DNA of 61,469 nt, filler included, from Gemmatimonadota bacterium (GTDB lineage Bacteria > 4572-55 > J002): assembly GCA_003697105.1 (NCBI GenBank). It is 4 parts of 4 records of this genome, joined end to end, with 100 filler letters (N's around TTAATTAATTAA, not from the genome) between each part and the next. Parts side by side here need not be neighbours in the genome. Positions count along the whole stretch, not along the records: positions 34,527 to 56,239 come from RFFQ01000056.1; positions 56,340 to 61,469 come from RFFQ01000066.1; 2 more parts are not named here. One strand, 5' to 3'. A program made the position numbers and the translations under genes. A model generated the notes under the pieces. The model saw only the letters and a program-made list of their open reading frames with translations, was not told the DNA's origin and did not search any database. Within the stretch, counting starts at the first letter, position 1. Each line of letters starts with the position of its first letter. Of this stretch, positions 48,427-58,389 are shown in pieces.

Positions 48427-49443
48427 ATGAACTCCCACCGATTTTTTATCTTGAATATGGCTTTCGTGTTGTGCGGTTCACTCTGGCTGGTGAGCTGTAA
48501 CCCGTTGCGGCTCAAAGATGATCAAGCTACGTTTAAGTCACACTGTTATCATTGGGCTGTGGATACCTCGTTGGCATACCAGCACCGGCAAGTAACCTTA
48601 AGCACCATGTTGACGGAATCCGGTAAGCTCATCATTGATAATGCCGTAGGCAGTATTGCCATCCGTCCCGGAAAGTGGTCTAATGTCTTTGTCAAAGGTG
48701 AAATTTATCTACCGGAGGGGCAACCGTTGGATAGTGTGAGTGTGCGTTCTCAAATCCAAAATTCCCCAACTCGGAGTGACTCAAATTTTGTGTACATTTA
48801 TACCGATTATCGCCTGACGGATCGCTTTGATGGGTTTACCCTGATGGACGTGTTCGTGCCGGAAGAATTAAAAGAATTGGAAATTAGATCGAAATCTGCC
48901 TCAATCACCATCTCCCAGCTCAATGCGAACCTGATTATCGGATCACCATGCAGTAATGTAATTGCCCGTGAAATCACCGGTGATTCCGAAATATGGGTCG
49001 AATACGGAAACGTTATCTTGGAAAATAACGGTGGGCATGTGAATATTGAAAATATCGCCGGGGATGTTACTTTAATCGCTAAAGTGGAGAATGGAAAAAC
49101 GTACGATGTCGAAACGGTGAGTGGCACCATCCAATTTATTCCCCGCAATAACAGTGGTAGCATCTCGATTGCCACGGTCTCCGGGCGCATTGATGTCAGT
49201 GAGAACCTGATCTCCACGGAGAGCAGCCCCTTCAGCGAAAACCCGGGATATGCCACGGAACTTCGGGGTGAGATCGAAATTCAAGGTGAAGATATTCCGC
49301 AAGCTGATGTCACGGATCGCCTGTTACAAATTAGTGCCGGTAAGCGTTCGGAAGCCCAAGTGGTTGAAGGGCGGTTGGGCACCGGCAGTGCCCGCATCTA
49401 TCTAAACAGCACCAACGGTGATATTTACGTCCGCCAACCCTGA
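48427..49443 (+). CDS. DUF4097-like beta-strand repeat lipoprotein
   Basis: LVSC lipobox; repeated TVSG.I and STNGDI motifs. Confidence 0.75.
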   Translation: MNSHRFFILNMAFVLCGSLWLVSCNPLRLKDDQATFKSHCYHWAVDTSLAYQHRQVTLSTMLTESGKLIIDNAVGSIAIRPGKWSNVFVKGEIYLPEGQPLDSVSVRSQIQNSPTRSDSNFVYIYTDYRLTDRFDGFTLMDVFVPEELKELEIRSKSASITISQLNANLIIGSPCSNVIAREITGDSEIWVEYGNVILENNGGHVNIENIAGDVTLIAKVENGKTYDVETVSGTIQFIPRNNSGSISIATVSGRIDVSENLISTESSPFSENPGYATELRGEIEIQGEDIPQADVTDRLLQISAGKRSEAQVVEGRLGTGSARIYLNSTNGDIYVRQP

Positions 49444-50561
49444 TGATGGCTATCTTTAATACCACTCTGGTGATTTCCACCGCGATATATTGCATAACCC
49501 TGCTTTGGTTGTTAGCAGGGTTGTTTCGTTTAAAACCCGGACAATCGGAAGAACAACCGCGCGTTTCGGTGATTGTTCCGGCTCGGAATGAAGCCGCCAC
49601 CATCCAAACTTGCCTTGAAGCCTTACTCCGCCAAACGTATCCCGTCGATAAATTAGAACTGATTTTTGTGGATGATCGATCGACTGATGAGACGGCAGCG
49701 ATTATCCGTGCCTACGCCAACCGTTACCATCAAATTCGGTTGGTGTCCGTTACGGCAGAACAACCGCAGTTGGTCGGCAAGAAAAACGCGATCACGCAGG
49801 GGATCGCCCAAAGTAATGGGACGTTGATTTTAGCGCTGGATGCGGACTGCCAACCCGGCGCCGAGTGGGTGAGGCAGATGGTACGCTACTTTGAACCGGA
49901 CGTGGGGGTAGTGGCAGGTTATGTGTACACAGAAACACCGGCGGAACATGTACCACACTGGCAACGGATGCGGGGCTTGGAACGGCTCGGGGTTGTTGCC
50001 GTTGCCGCCGGAAGCATGGGGTGGAACGTCGGGATAACCTGTACTGCCAACAATTTTGCCTACCGCCGGCAGGTTTTTGAAGAAGTCAACGGGTTTGCCG
50101 GCATTGGGCATATTCGTTCCGGGGATGACGATCTATTTGTGCAAAAGATTTTTCGGGAAACATCATGGCAGTTTCGCTATGCCACCCATCCGGGAACCTT
50201 TGTCCGCACCCAAGTACCAACATCTCTTCAGCAAGCTTGGCAACAGGAAAAACGACGCTCCAGCAAGGCAAAATATTATCCGCTGTGGTTGGTTCTGGCA
50301 CTTATTCCGCCATTTGTGATGAATCTTCAATTTGGGGTTGCTCTCCTGACCGGTTTCTGGTGGCAGGGCATCATTCCGGTTGCCGGGGGCTGTTTTGGAG
50401 CCAAAACTCTGATTGAAGGATTGGTGATGGTGCGAACAAGCGCCCTATTTAAGCGATGGGACTTGTGGCGCTATTTCCCTCTGGTGGAAATACTCTATAT
50501 CCCGTATTTCGTGGTGTTGGCAGTGGTGGGGACGTTCGGGAAATACCGGTGGAAGGATTAA
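49443..50561 (+). CDS. Glycosyltransferase family 2, membrane-bound
   Basis: VPARNE, DDRSTD, GKKNA, DAD and SGDD. Confidence 0.9.
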   Translation: MMAIFNTTLVISTAIYCITLLWLLAGLFRLKPGQSEEQPRVSVIVPARNEAATIQTCLEALLRQTYPVDKLELIFVDDRSTDETAAIIRAYANRYHQIRLVSVTAEQPQLVGKKNAITQGIAQSNGTLILALDADCQPGAEWVRQMVRYFEPDVGVVAGYVYTETPAEHVPHWQRMRGLERLGVVAVAAGSMGWNVGITCTANNFAYRRQVFEEVNGFAGIGHIRSGDDDLFVQKIFRETSWQFRYATHPGTFVRTQVPTSLQQAWQQEKRRSSKAKYYPLWLVLALIPPFVMNLQFGVALLTGFWWQGIIPVAGGCFGAKTLIEGLVMVRTSALFKRWDLWRYFPLVEILYIPYFVVLAVVGTFGKYRWKD

Positions 50562-50590
50562 AAAACCCGCCTTAAGAAAGACGGGTAAAA
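50561..50590. terminator. Bidirectional terminator
   Basis: AAAAACCCG..CGGGTAAAA between convergent genes. Confidence 0.5.
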
Positions 50591-50600
50591 GGGAAACATG

Positions 50601-51002
50601 TTATATATACGTGCGCTCAAATTCAAAAGTAATCCCGGGAAACTGGAGGAAACCCACCTGTTCCAAAATTTGGTGGATCAATTTATCCGGTGCGATAATC
50701 AATTTGAGTTTCACTTGGCGGGAATAAAGCACATTGTAAATGTTTGCTAAATAGCCGATAGTCAGTGAGTTTACGTAATCCAATTCGTATAAATCTAAAA
50801 TCACCGTTTTTCCTTTTTCCTGTGAACGGATCCATTTGCCCGATGGGCTAGCGATACTCTCAAAAACGGTTTGCACGTGTTCTGTAAATAATTCTCCTTG
50901 AAAACGGATGAGGGTAACCTCCTCTACATTGGGGGATACCAAAACTTCAACCGTGACATCAGCAAGTTCCAGTTGATCGATTACAGTCCAAACGGGTGGC
51001 AT
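50601..51002 (-). CDS. STAS-domain protein
   Basis: FQGEL..VILDLYELDYVNSLTIG..ILEQVG. Confidence 0.7.
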   Translation of the reverse strand: MPPVWTVIDQLELADVTVEVLVSPNVEEVTLIRFQGELFTEHVQTVFESIASPSGKWIRSQEKGKTVILDLYELDYVNSLTIGYLANIYNVLYSRQVKLKLIIAPDKLIHQILEQVGFLQFPGITFEFERTYI

Positions 51003-51018
51003 ACGTTCTCCACGTCAA

Positions 51019-51975
51019 CTAAGAGTTTGATTCAGAATGAGTTAGTACATAATTTCGGGCATTGATTCCGGCAACAGAACCATCGCCAACGGCACTTGCA
51101 ACCGTATGCACCGAATATTGGCGGGCATCACCGGCGGCAAAAATACCGTCCCGGGAGGTTTGCAAGCGTTGATCGACCCAGATATAGCCATTCTCATCTA
51201 GGTCAACTATTCCGTGCAAAAATGCGGTGTTGGGGGTTTGCCCGATGGAAACGACACAGCTATCCACTTTGAGATAGTCTGGTTGGTCTGTTTTCCGGTG
51301 GCGTACTTGCACGCCTTCAAGTTGTTCTTCTCCCAGAACCGCCGTCACTTCGGTTTCCAGCAGGGTCGTGATCGCCGGATATTCGGTTAATTGATCCTGT
51401 AATGCCGCTTCTGCCTGTAGGGCACGACCCCGGTGAATCAGTATGACTTGTCGGGCATATTTCCCCAGCATGAGTGCATGGGTAAGCGCACCATCACCAC
51501 CACCGATTACCGCCACAATTTGATCTTGAAAAAGCGCACCTTCAATCCCAGTCCGGTAGTAAAGACCCTGTCCTTCCCAGCGTTGGGCACCCGGGCACGC
51601 CAACGGGCGGGGAGAAGACCCGGGGGCAAGAACCATTGCTTTACCATATATAATGTGATCGTCTGTTTCGACAAACATGTCACCGTCATAGTCAATATTC
51701 AGGGCATTCACTTCCCCGCGTACCAACCGAAGCCTGTAACGACAGGCATGATCTTCAACGGCTTTTGCTAATTGGAAGCCGGAAATCCCGTGTGGAAACC
51801 CCGGATAATTATCCACATGTTCCATAAAAGCGACATGTCCCCCCACCGTGTGATGCTCCAACAGCATCACACGTAAATTTGCCCGTCCGGCATACAATGC
51901 TGCTGTTAAGCCGGCAAGACCGCCACCGACAATCACAACATCTACATCGCTAATCGGTTTTTTCGTATCAAACAT
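51019..51975 (-). CDS. Thioredoxin reductase-like flavoprotein lacking the CxxC motif
   Basis: GGGLAGLTAA, NYPGF, GGGDGA and TS..GIFAAGD; GLYYRTGIEG occupies the usual GVSYCATCDG position. Confidence 0.85.
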   Translation of the reverse strand: MFDTKKPISDVDVVIVGGGLAGLTAALYAGRANLRVMLLEHHTVGGHVAFMEHVDNYPGFPHGISGFQLAKAVEDHACRYRLRLVRGEVNALNIDYDGDMFVETDDHIIYGKAMVLAPGSSPRPLACPGAQRWEGQGLYYRTGIEGALFQDQIVAVIGGGDGALTHALMLGKYARQVILIHRGRALQAEAALQDQLTEYPAITTLLETEVTAVLGEEQLEGVQVRHRKTDQPDYLKVDSCVVSIGQTPNTAFLHGIVDLDENGYIWVDQRLQTSRDGIFAAGDARQYSVHTVASAVGDGSVAGINARNYVLTHSESNS

Positions 51976-52020
51976 GGGGGGGTAATATAGCCGCCATCCA
52001 AAAGGTTGTCAATAACAGGG

Positions 52021-52899
52021 TTACATCGTAGGGGATACGACGTGCACTTGTAAAGGTTGCCGCGTATCCAGATGCACATCCCGTTGTGGAAATGCAATAC
52101 CAATTCCGTGTTCCCGGAAAAGTTCATCGATCCGAAACCGTAGATCACTTTTGACTTGCTGGGCATCCATCAGTGTATTGATTTTCACCCAAAAATGAAC
52201 TTCAAAATCGAGGGTGTTATCCCCAAAGTCAGAAAACAAGATAATCGGCTCGGGTTCAGGGATGATCGAGGCCTGTTCTTTTACCGCCTGCCGGAGGAGT
52301 TGCGCCACTTGCTGCGTAGGCGAACCGTATTCCACCCCCACCCGAACATTAACACGCACATTTTTATTGGGAGAGAGAGTCCAATTGATGACCGTTTTCT
52401 CCAAAAAAACACTGTTGGGAACTAAGATATAAATCCCTTCAAACGTACGGACGCGGGTGCAACGTGCGCCAACCTCTTCTACTGTCCCGTGATTCCCTTC
52501 AATTTCAACCATATCCCCAATACGCACCGGTTGTTCGATCATGATGATCAAGCCACTGATAAAATTGTTGAGGATATTCTGCGCCCCAAAACCGAACGCA
52601 ATCGCCACAGCTCCCCCTAAAAAGGTAAAAATGGTCAGGGGGATATTAGCTACCTGCAACGATACCAAAAAAATTAAGAAAATGGTGGTGTAATACAGAA
52701 TATTCTCAATGAGAATCGCTGGTGTGGGTTCCACACCCATCCGCATGAACCCATCACGAGTCCGTTTGCGGATAAAATATCGGGCAAACAACATCCCTAA
52801 GCCCAACACAAATGCCGCAGTGACCACATCTCCAACGATGACCCAATTGCCGCCGATAGTGATCAATTGAGTATTCCAAATTTGGAAGAAAAGGCGCAT
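52021..52899 (-). CDS. MscS-family mechanosensitive channel
   Basis: GFGAQNILNNFISG, RIGD, VPNS, GVEYGS and IAFPQRD. Confidence 0.92.
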   Translation of the reverse strand: MRLFFQIWNTQLITIGGNWVIVGDVVTAAFVLGLGMLFARYFIRKRTRDGFMRMGVEPTPAILIENILYYTTIFLIFLVSLQVANIPLTIFTFLGGAVAIAFGFGAQNILNNFISGLIIMIEQPVRIGDMVEIEGNHGTVEEVGARCTRVRTFEGIYILVPNSVFLEKTVINWTLSPNKNVRVNVRVGVEYGSPTQQVAQLLRQAVKEQASIIPEPEPIILFSDFGDNTLDFEVHFWVKINTLMDAQQVKSDLRFRIDELFREHGIGIAFPQRDVHLDTRQPLQVHVVSPTM

Positions 52900-53011
52900 G
52901 GCTTGTACCCTTACAAAGAGAAAACAGATAAAGGCTGAGGTGAGAATCGTCGAAACCGGTGTTTCTTTTTTCTAAGAAGTAACCGATTTCTATACTGCAC
53001 CTCAGCCCAAA

Positions 53012-53452
53012 CTAAAACGAATGACCGCGATAAGCCCATGATAACAAAAGCAGTGAGCGAATACTCCAAGCGATGGCTCGTACCCAATTAGTGCGCACTA
53101 AAAATTGGTAAACATCTGGATCAAACCCCTGTGTGAGTTTATCGTGTGCCGGTGCTTGCCAGAGTGCCGTCGAGAACTAAATTAGTCCTAGCAACCCGAT
53201 TCCAGACCATGCGACAACCGGCGGCATCCAGAGCGGCGGTTGGACCGCCAAAATAACGGCGGTAATTAGTTCAATTATCATTACCGGAGCAACGATACAT
53301 GTGATTCGCTTCCGATGTGCATGTTCGTAATCTCTAAATTGATCCGTACCCACGCGCGACAACAATGGATAGTGCACGAACTGGATTACCCAAATCAAGC
53401 CACACATAAATACGGTTGAAAATATCTGAACCAGTAGGATTTACATCATCAT
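53012..53452 (-). pseudogene. Membrane protein pseudogene with two in-frame stops
   Basis: MMM*ILLVQIFSTVFMCGLIW..VHYP..GLI*FSTALWQAPAH..VRTNWVR; TAA at 53441-53443 and TAG at 53177-53179. Confidence 0.75.
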
Positions 53453-55275
53453 GGTATTTGGAGCTTATTTTTGACTTTTAGCAACTTTTTTCGGGCAAGA
53501 TCGGCATATAAACTTTCAGGATAGCTAAACAAAATTGATTCTAATTCCACTTTTGCGGCTTCATAGTCGTGCTGCACATCGCTATAGATGGTAGCCGTCC
53601 GGTCCATCGCTTCTGGGCAGAGCGGGCTGGCGGGATAATCTTTGGTTAGCGAGCGGTATGCCGTAATGGCATGTTCATAATCCCCTTTTTTTTCATACTG
53701 CAACGCGATCTGAAATAGGGCATCATCTGCGAGAGCCGAGTTCGGATTCCGTGTCACCAAGCCTTGAAATACTCGAATGGCTTCCTCATATTGTATCTGT
53801 TCTGAGAGCAACCATCCATTGAGAAACTCTTGTAATTCTGAATCTTCTATATCTTTATTTTCATCTAAGAAAAATTGTAACCGTAACGCATCATTGAGAT
53901 AAATTCCGTTCGTGTACGTTTTGATCATCCCGGTCAGGATGTCTCCGGCACGTTCCAGATCACCCTGTAAGAGTGCCAAATAACCGAGTTTATACTTCGC
54001 TTTTTCAACGATATCCGCTGCCGCGGTTGCCTGCATAATACTCTCATACTGTTTTTGAGCATTTTCCAGTTCACCTTTCACCAAATAGGCATCCCCAACC
54101 CGAAACCGAACATCAATCGCGGCGACACTGCGCGAAAATTGTGATAAGTATTGCGAATAGGTTTCAATCGCATTATCCGGCTGGTGCAGTTTATCCAGAT
54201 AAAGATTGCCCATTTTCACATAGGCATCTGCGGCTTGGTTGGAACGGGGATTTCGGTTGATAATTTGCCGGTATGCCTCAATCGCTGCGTCATAATCACC
54301 GAGTTTTGAGAGTGTTTCCGCTTGGTAAATTTGCCCTTGAATTGCAAATGGACTCGTTGGATAGTGGGTCAACAAATGGTCAAATGCGTGGCGTGCGGTT
54401 TCATATTCACCCTCGTCCATGCAGCGTCGTCCAAAATTGAGCAATTCGCGCCCGTTCCCATTGGACTTTTGGTCAAAAATGATGATCTCCGCTAACCCTT
54501 TTGCCGCCTGACCGCTAATCAAATATAAATCACCCAGTACTTTACGGATATTGACCTCATTGGGAAATTCTGCTAGCGCCGCTTGGGTCACTTCTAGGGC
54601 AAGCGACCAAATGCCTTCATCTTCAGCTAATTTTTTGATACGTCCTTCCACCCATGCTTGTTGGCTCGGTTGGGCATACATATACAAGAGGTATTCCCGA
54701 ATAGCCTCCCGAAAATTCATCTGCACTTCATAAATCCGCGCCAACTCCCGGGAGAATAACGTTGGATTTTGCCGCTGTTGTCGCCCCTTCAGATAGGTTT
54801 GGGTCGCTTCATCCAGCATCCCATTGGAAAAATAGAGATTTGCCACGGTAATGACCGAATTGTCCGACGGGTCTAGCTGCAGAATCCGCTCCCATTGTTT
54901 GATGCCCTCTTCCCGTTGCCCCACTTTGATCAAGGACTCTCCCAACCAGCGTAGATATTGCGCGTTATCCGGGTCTGTTTCCAGACGGGTTTGGCAGAGC
55001 GTCACGGCATCATCATATTGTTTGAGTTGCAACATGTTTCGCACAATTCCGTCAAAAATGATCGGATTATTCGGGTAATTTGGTTCCAACGCGCGATAAA
55101 TTTCCAACGCTTTGTGATATTGATTAAGCCGCTCAAACTGGCTTGCCACCCGTAACTGCCGTGTCAGGTGTTCATTATTGGGCGTCACTTGACGTGGCTG
55201 TTGGGCAAATGTGATGTTGGACGTTCCGAAAACTACGGACAATACAATCAAGACGTAAGCTACTGTTTTCTGCAT
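53449..55275 (-). CDS. Exported TPR-repeat protein
   Basis: Signal peptide and multiple TPRs with YP.S motifs. Confidence 0.88.
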   Translation of the reverse strand: MQKTVAYVLIVLSVVFGTSNITFAQQPRQVTPNNEHLTRQLRVASQFERLNQYHKALEIYRALEPNYPNNPIIFDGIVRNMLQLKQYDDAVTLCQTRLETDPDNAQYLRWLGESLIKVGQREEGIKQWERILQLDPSDNSVITVANLYFSNGMLDEATQTYLKGRQQRQNPTLFSRELARIYEVQMNFREAIREYLLYMYAQPSQQAWVEGRIKKLAEDEGIWSLALEVTQAALAEFPNEVNIRKVLGDLYLISGQAAKGLAEIIIFDQKSNGNGRELLNFGRRCMDEGEYETARHAFDHLLTHYPTSPFAIQGQIYQAETLSKLGDYDAAIEAYRQIINRNPRSNQAADAYVKMGNLYLDKLHQPDNAIETYSQYLSQFSRSVAAIDVRFRVGDAYLVKGELENAQKQYESIMQATAAADIVEKAKYKLGYLALLQGDLERAGDILTGMIKTYTNGIYLNDALRLQFFLDENKDIEDSELQEFLNGWLLSEQIQYEEAIRVFQGLVTRNPNSALADDALFQIALQYEKKGDYEHAITAYRSLTKDYPASPLCPEAMDRTATIYSDVQHDYEAAKVELESILFSYPESLYADLARKKLLKVKNKLQIP

Positions 55276-55293
55276 GAAACCTCCACTGCTATT

Positions 55294-55878
55294 TTAGCTA
55301 TCGAAACCAAGAATCAGTACGGGTAAATCGATATTGGAAACACCGCGCTGCTCTAAATCCCAAACAAACTGCTCAAAATAAGAAACACCGGTCGACATTT
55401 CGTCAGCAAATTGTTTAATCGGCACGATTTCGATTCCGGCATCGATCAAACCCAAATTATGGAAAATCGTCATTTTGGCACAAACGTTGTACACCATGAA
55501 TGCATACTTACCAAATTGAACTTCTACACCTAATGATTCTTTGATGAAATCCATAGCACGGTAAGGTCTTGCCGGTTTGGGATCGGATTTGGGTTTATAA
55601 TCGCTGGTGTAATATTCGGTTGGATAGTCACAATAAATTTTGTTATGCCGATCATCCTGCCAACTTAATTTTGTAAATTCGGCTTTAAATGCTTTATTCA
55701 GCCGTTTCGGACTGTATAATGCTCTTCCGGGCATCGTTTTTTCTTTGCTGGTTTTGGTTTTATACCGGGTGGCGTCAACTAACTGGATTACCTGTTCGAC
55801 TTCCGATAATAGATGAGGATATTGTTGATGAATGACATTTTCTCCGTTGTTGAAGGAATACTTTCCGGCGATGATCAT
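55294..55878 (-). CDS. BglII/BstYI-family type II restriction endonuclease
   Basis: KTSKEKT..LYSP, MDFIK..GVEVQFGKYAF..YNV and GIEIVP. Confidence 0.85.
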   Translation of the reverse strand: MIIAGKYSFNNGENVIHQQYPHLLSEVEQVIQLVDATRYKTKTSKEKTMPGRALYSPKRLNKAFKAEFTKLSWQDDRHNKIYCDYPTEYYTSDYKPKSDPKPARPYRAMDFIKESLGVEVQFGKYAFMVYNVCAKMTIFHNLGLIDAGIEIVPIKQFADEMSTGVSYFEQFVWDLEQRGVSNIDLPVLILGFDS

Positions 55879-56239
55879 TTTGTATACGCCCCGTTTTCGA
55901 TTTGTTTCCATTCGGGGGGTATTTGGGTGACTTTTTCTTTACCGGTTGGTTTATGAACCGGTTTTCCTAAAGGGCGGATTTTGAGATTACCGGCATAAAA
56001 ATCGTGAATACGTTGCTGACCAATCTGGATATATTTTGCTTCTTTTTCGCAACCAATCACCTTTCGGTGATGCCTCAATCCCGCAATTAAGGCAGATGCA
56101 ACCCCACAATATGGATCGAATATAAAATCATCATTGTTTGTAAATGCTAACAGACATCGTTCAACCAATTCAATCGGGAATTGGCAAGGATGCTCTGTTT
56201 TTTCAGGATGGTTCGATTTTACATTGGGAATATCCCATA
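55875..56239 (-). CDS. Site-specific DNA methyltransferase (N4C/N6A, beta class), 5' part lost in gap
   Basis: WDIPNVKSNHPEKTEHPCQFP..VER..DPYCG; its stop overlaps the REase start. Confidence 0.85.
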
Positions 56240-56339
56240 NNNNNNNNNNNNNNNNNNNNNNNNNNNNNNNNNNNNNNNNNNNNTTAATTAATTAANNNNN
56301 NNNNNNNNNNNNNNNNNNNNNNNNNNNNNNNNNNNNNNN
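56240..56339. other. Assembly linker (contig join)
   Basis: 100-nt N run containing TTAATTAATTAA. Confidence 0.97.
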
Positions 56340-56435
56340 AGTAGAGGGTGTTGTTGTTCCATAACAAAATTATACCCTATCTCAGTTTCAAAGATCAATC
56401 ATTTTTTTGCAGGCTGACTATGCCTGTGTAGTTAC
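56340..56435 (-). mobile_element. Probable IS66-family left end
   Basis: Minus strand GTAACTACACAG starts where the beta-helix ORF loses homology. It is followed by TTGATC-18-TATAAT and ATG GAA CAA CAA CAC running into the gap. Confidence 0.5.
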
Positions 56436-56918
56436 AATTATATTTCCATATAATTCCCGGCGACCTCCGTTTGGAGAGACAAAAATACCACTTTTTGCAT
56501 GATCATAAACGATTAAATTGATCAGTTTGACCGAGTTGCCCCCGTGAATTTTGACACCAGTTTGGTCACTCCCCTCAATCTCAAATCCCCATAACCAAAA
56601 ATCATCTTGATAGATTACCATACGCCCGTGTAGCGTTACTCTATTATGGGGTAACGCTCGCCAAATTACCGGATTATCTTTTGTTCCATGAACATGATTT
56701 CTGTTCTTCAATACGCTAATTTCGTAAACTCCTTCACGAAACCAGACGGTTGTTCCCGGAATAACGCGATTTGTATCCGTGAAAGCGGTTACCACGTCCA
56801 GAGGAGAATCAAGGGTACCCAACCCTTCGGGACAGCCATCCGGGGCGACATAAAGGTCTTGAGCGGCGATCGCTCGGTAGAAAAATACAAAAATAACCAA
56901 AAAAATAGGGATTTTCAT
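56418..56918 (-). pseudogene. Exported parallel beta-helix-type protein, apparently truncated
   Basis: YVAPDG..GT.DSP..PGTTVWFREGVY..GFEI..KLINLIVYD..LYGNII, then an abrupt stop. Confidence 0.6.
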
Positions 56919-56921
56919 TGA

Positions 56922-57677
56922 TTAGAGTCTCATCCTCAGAGCGAAACCTCCCACAAATGTATCTATATTTTGCCACCCGCTCGTTACTTGGAAATGGCGC
57001 CACAGAAGTAATCGCATACCTACATTGACATGTTCCGCATCATATTCAAGTATCAGATCAAACGGTTTAAGGATTGTTAGTGATATTCCACCAAACATGC
57101 CTACAAACTGATGGAAATGGGCATCCATCCAATCCGAGCCATACCCCAGATGGAGTCCAAGCTCCGATGAAGATGTTATGCCTAAATTGAAGTGCTTTGA
57201 TCCCACCAGATAAAGCGCATTGAAATTGGTGACATCTCCATCGGTCAAAGTATCTTCACGACGGCTGCTTTCACCTAGCGATATAAAATCATGTGCACCA
57301 GCAACTATTGCAGGTCGATACCGATGCTCTGATAATAACCGCAATCGGATACTCGGCATTCGTTCCCCGATTCCCTGCCCTCGCGTTTTTCCCGGAATAT
57401 ACTTTTCGGCATCCAAGCGGCGGCTTACCCGCAATGAAATCTCTAAAAATGGAAGATACCCCAAATTAACATAAAGTGCCATCAAGTCATATTGACTGTT
57501 TCGATATTTAATATACTTTTTGTTCCAATAACTCATTCCTAGGGAAATCTGCTTATCGGCAGGCATTTCTGCGGTTGGAATCGTTAATAATCCGGTAACT
57601 CCAGTAAGGGATTGGCTAGACCCTTTTGGGGGCAATAAGACCCCTATGATGAAAAGAATACTCACCCATTTCCACAT
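56922..57677 (-). CDS. YjbH-domain outer-membrane protein
   Basis: GVTGLLTIPTAE, LPFLEISLR, PAIVAG and LEYD. Confidence 0.75.
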   Translation of the reverse strand: MWKWVSILFIIGVLLPPKGSSQSLTGVTGLLTIPTAEMPADKQISLGMSYWNKKYIKYRNSQYDLMALYVNLGYLPFLEISLRVSRRLDAEKYIPGKTRGQGIGERMPSIRLRLLSEHRYRPAIVAGAHDFISLGESSRREDTLTDGDVTNFNALYLVGSKHFNLGITSSSELGLHLGYGSDWMDAHFHQFVGMFGGISLTILKPFDLILEYDAEHVNVGMRLLLWRHFQVTSGWQNIDTFVGGFALRMRL

Positions 57678-57681
57678 GATG

Positions 57682-58389
57682 TCAAGCTCCGGGTTTGATT
57701 AATAACCCTAAATAGTGAGTTCTTAAGAAAGGAACCGTATTCAAAAGCGGGTACAAGTAGGGCGTCAACTTACCGAATCGACGCGTCAATGGAGGTAAGA
57801 GGGTTATCGATTTTAATTGGAGGTCATAGCGGGGAAATAAGAGTTGAATTTTAGAACGGCTCATCCCCCGCACATGCGGATTGCGCGGATTATTATACCG
57901 GAAATCATACCAGATAACTGCCCCTGCCGGTTTGAGAACGCGGTCGATCTCTTCAGCCACATGTGCAGCCATTTGGTCATCCAAAATCGATGTAAAAACG
58001 GTAAACACCGTCACCAGATCAAAAAAAGCCGTGGGGAACTCAATCTGCTCTGCATTTGCCACCTGAAAATGAAGTTCGGGAAACGCATGCTTGGCATTCT
58101 CAATCCGTTCTGGTATCAAGTCAATGCCAAATAAGTTCTCCGGACAAGCCCCCCATTGCAGGTAACCCGCCAGTACATTCCCGGAACCACAACCCACATC
58201 AAGGATTTTGAAGGGGGTCAACGGAATTTTTTTATTTGATTTTAGAATATAATGCACCCATCGAGTTCGTTCATTTAGGATATACCGGTTACCTGGATTA
58301 TCCCCTGACCATTGACGTTGGATCGTTTCATTATAGCGATATTGTTGATAAACCGTTTTGAGGCGTTCAACTTCGTTTTGTGGCTCCAA
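57682..58389 (-). CDS. Class I SAM-dependent methyltransferase
   Basis: ILDVGCGSG, FDLV and RVLKPAG. Confidence 0.88.
   Translation of the reverse strand: MEPQNEVERLKTVYQQYRYNETIQRQWSGDNPGNRYILNERTRWVHYILKSNKKIPLTPFKILDVGCGSGNVLAGYLQWGACPENLFGIDLIPERIENAKHAFPELHFQVANAEQIEFPTAFFDLVTVFTVFTSILDDQMAAHVAEEIDRVLKPAGAVIWYDFRYNNPRNPHVRGMSRSKIQLLFPRYDLQLKSITLLPPLTRRFGKLTPYLYPLLNTVPFLRTHYLGLLIKPGA

Noticed and set aside
53177..53179. Pyrrolysine or amber readthrough
   Set aside because: A second TAA stop is in the same frame, the position corresponds to Trp, and TAG ends normal genes here (e.g. lipA, rplU).
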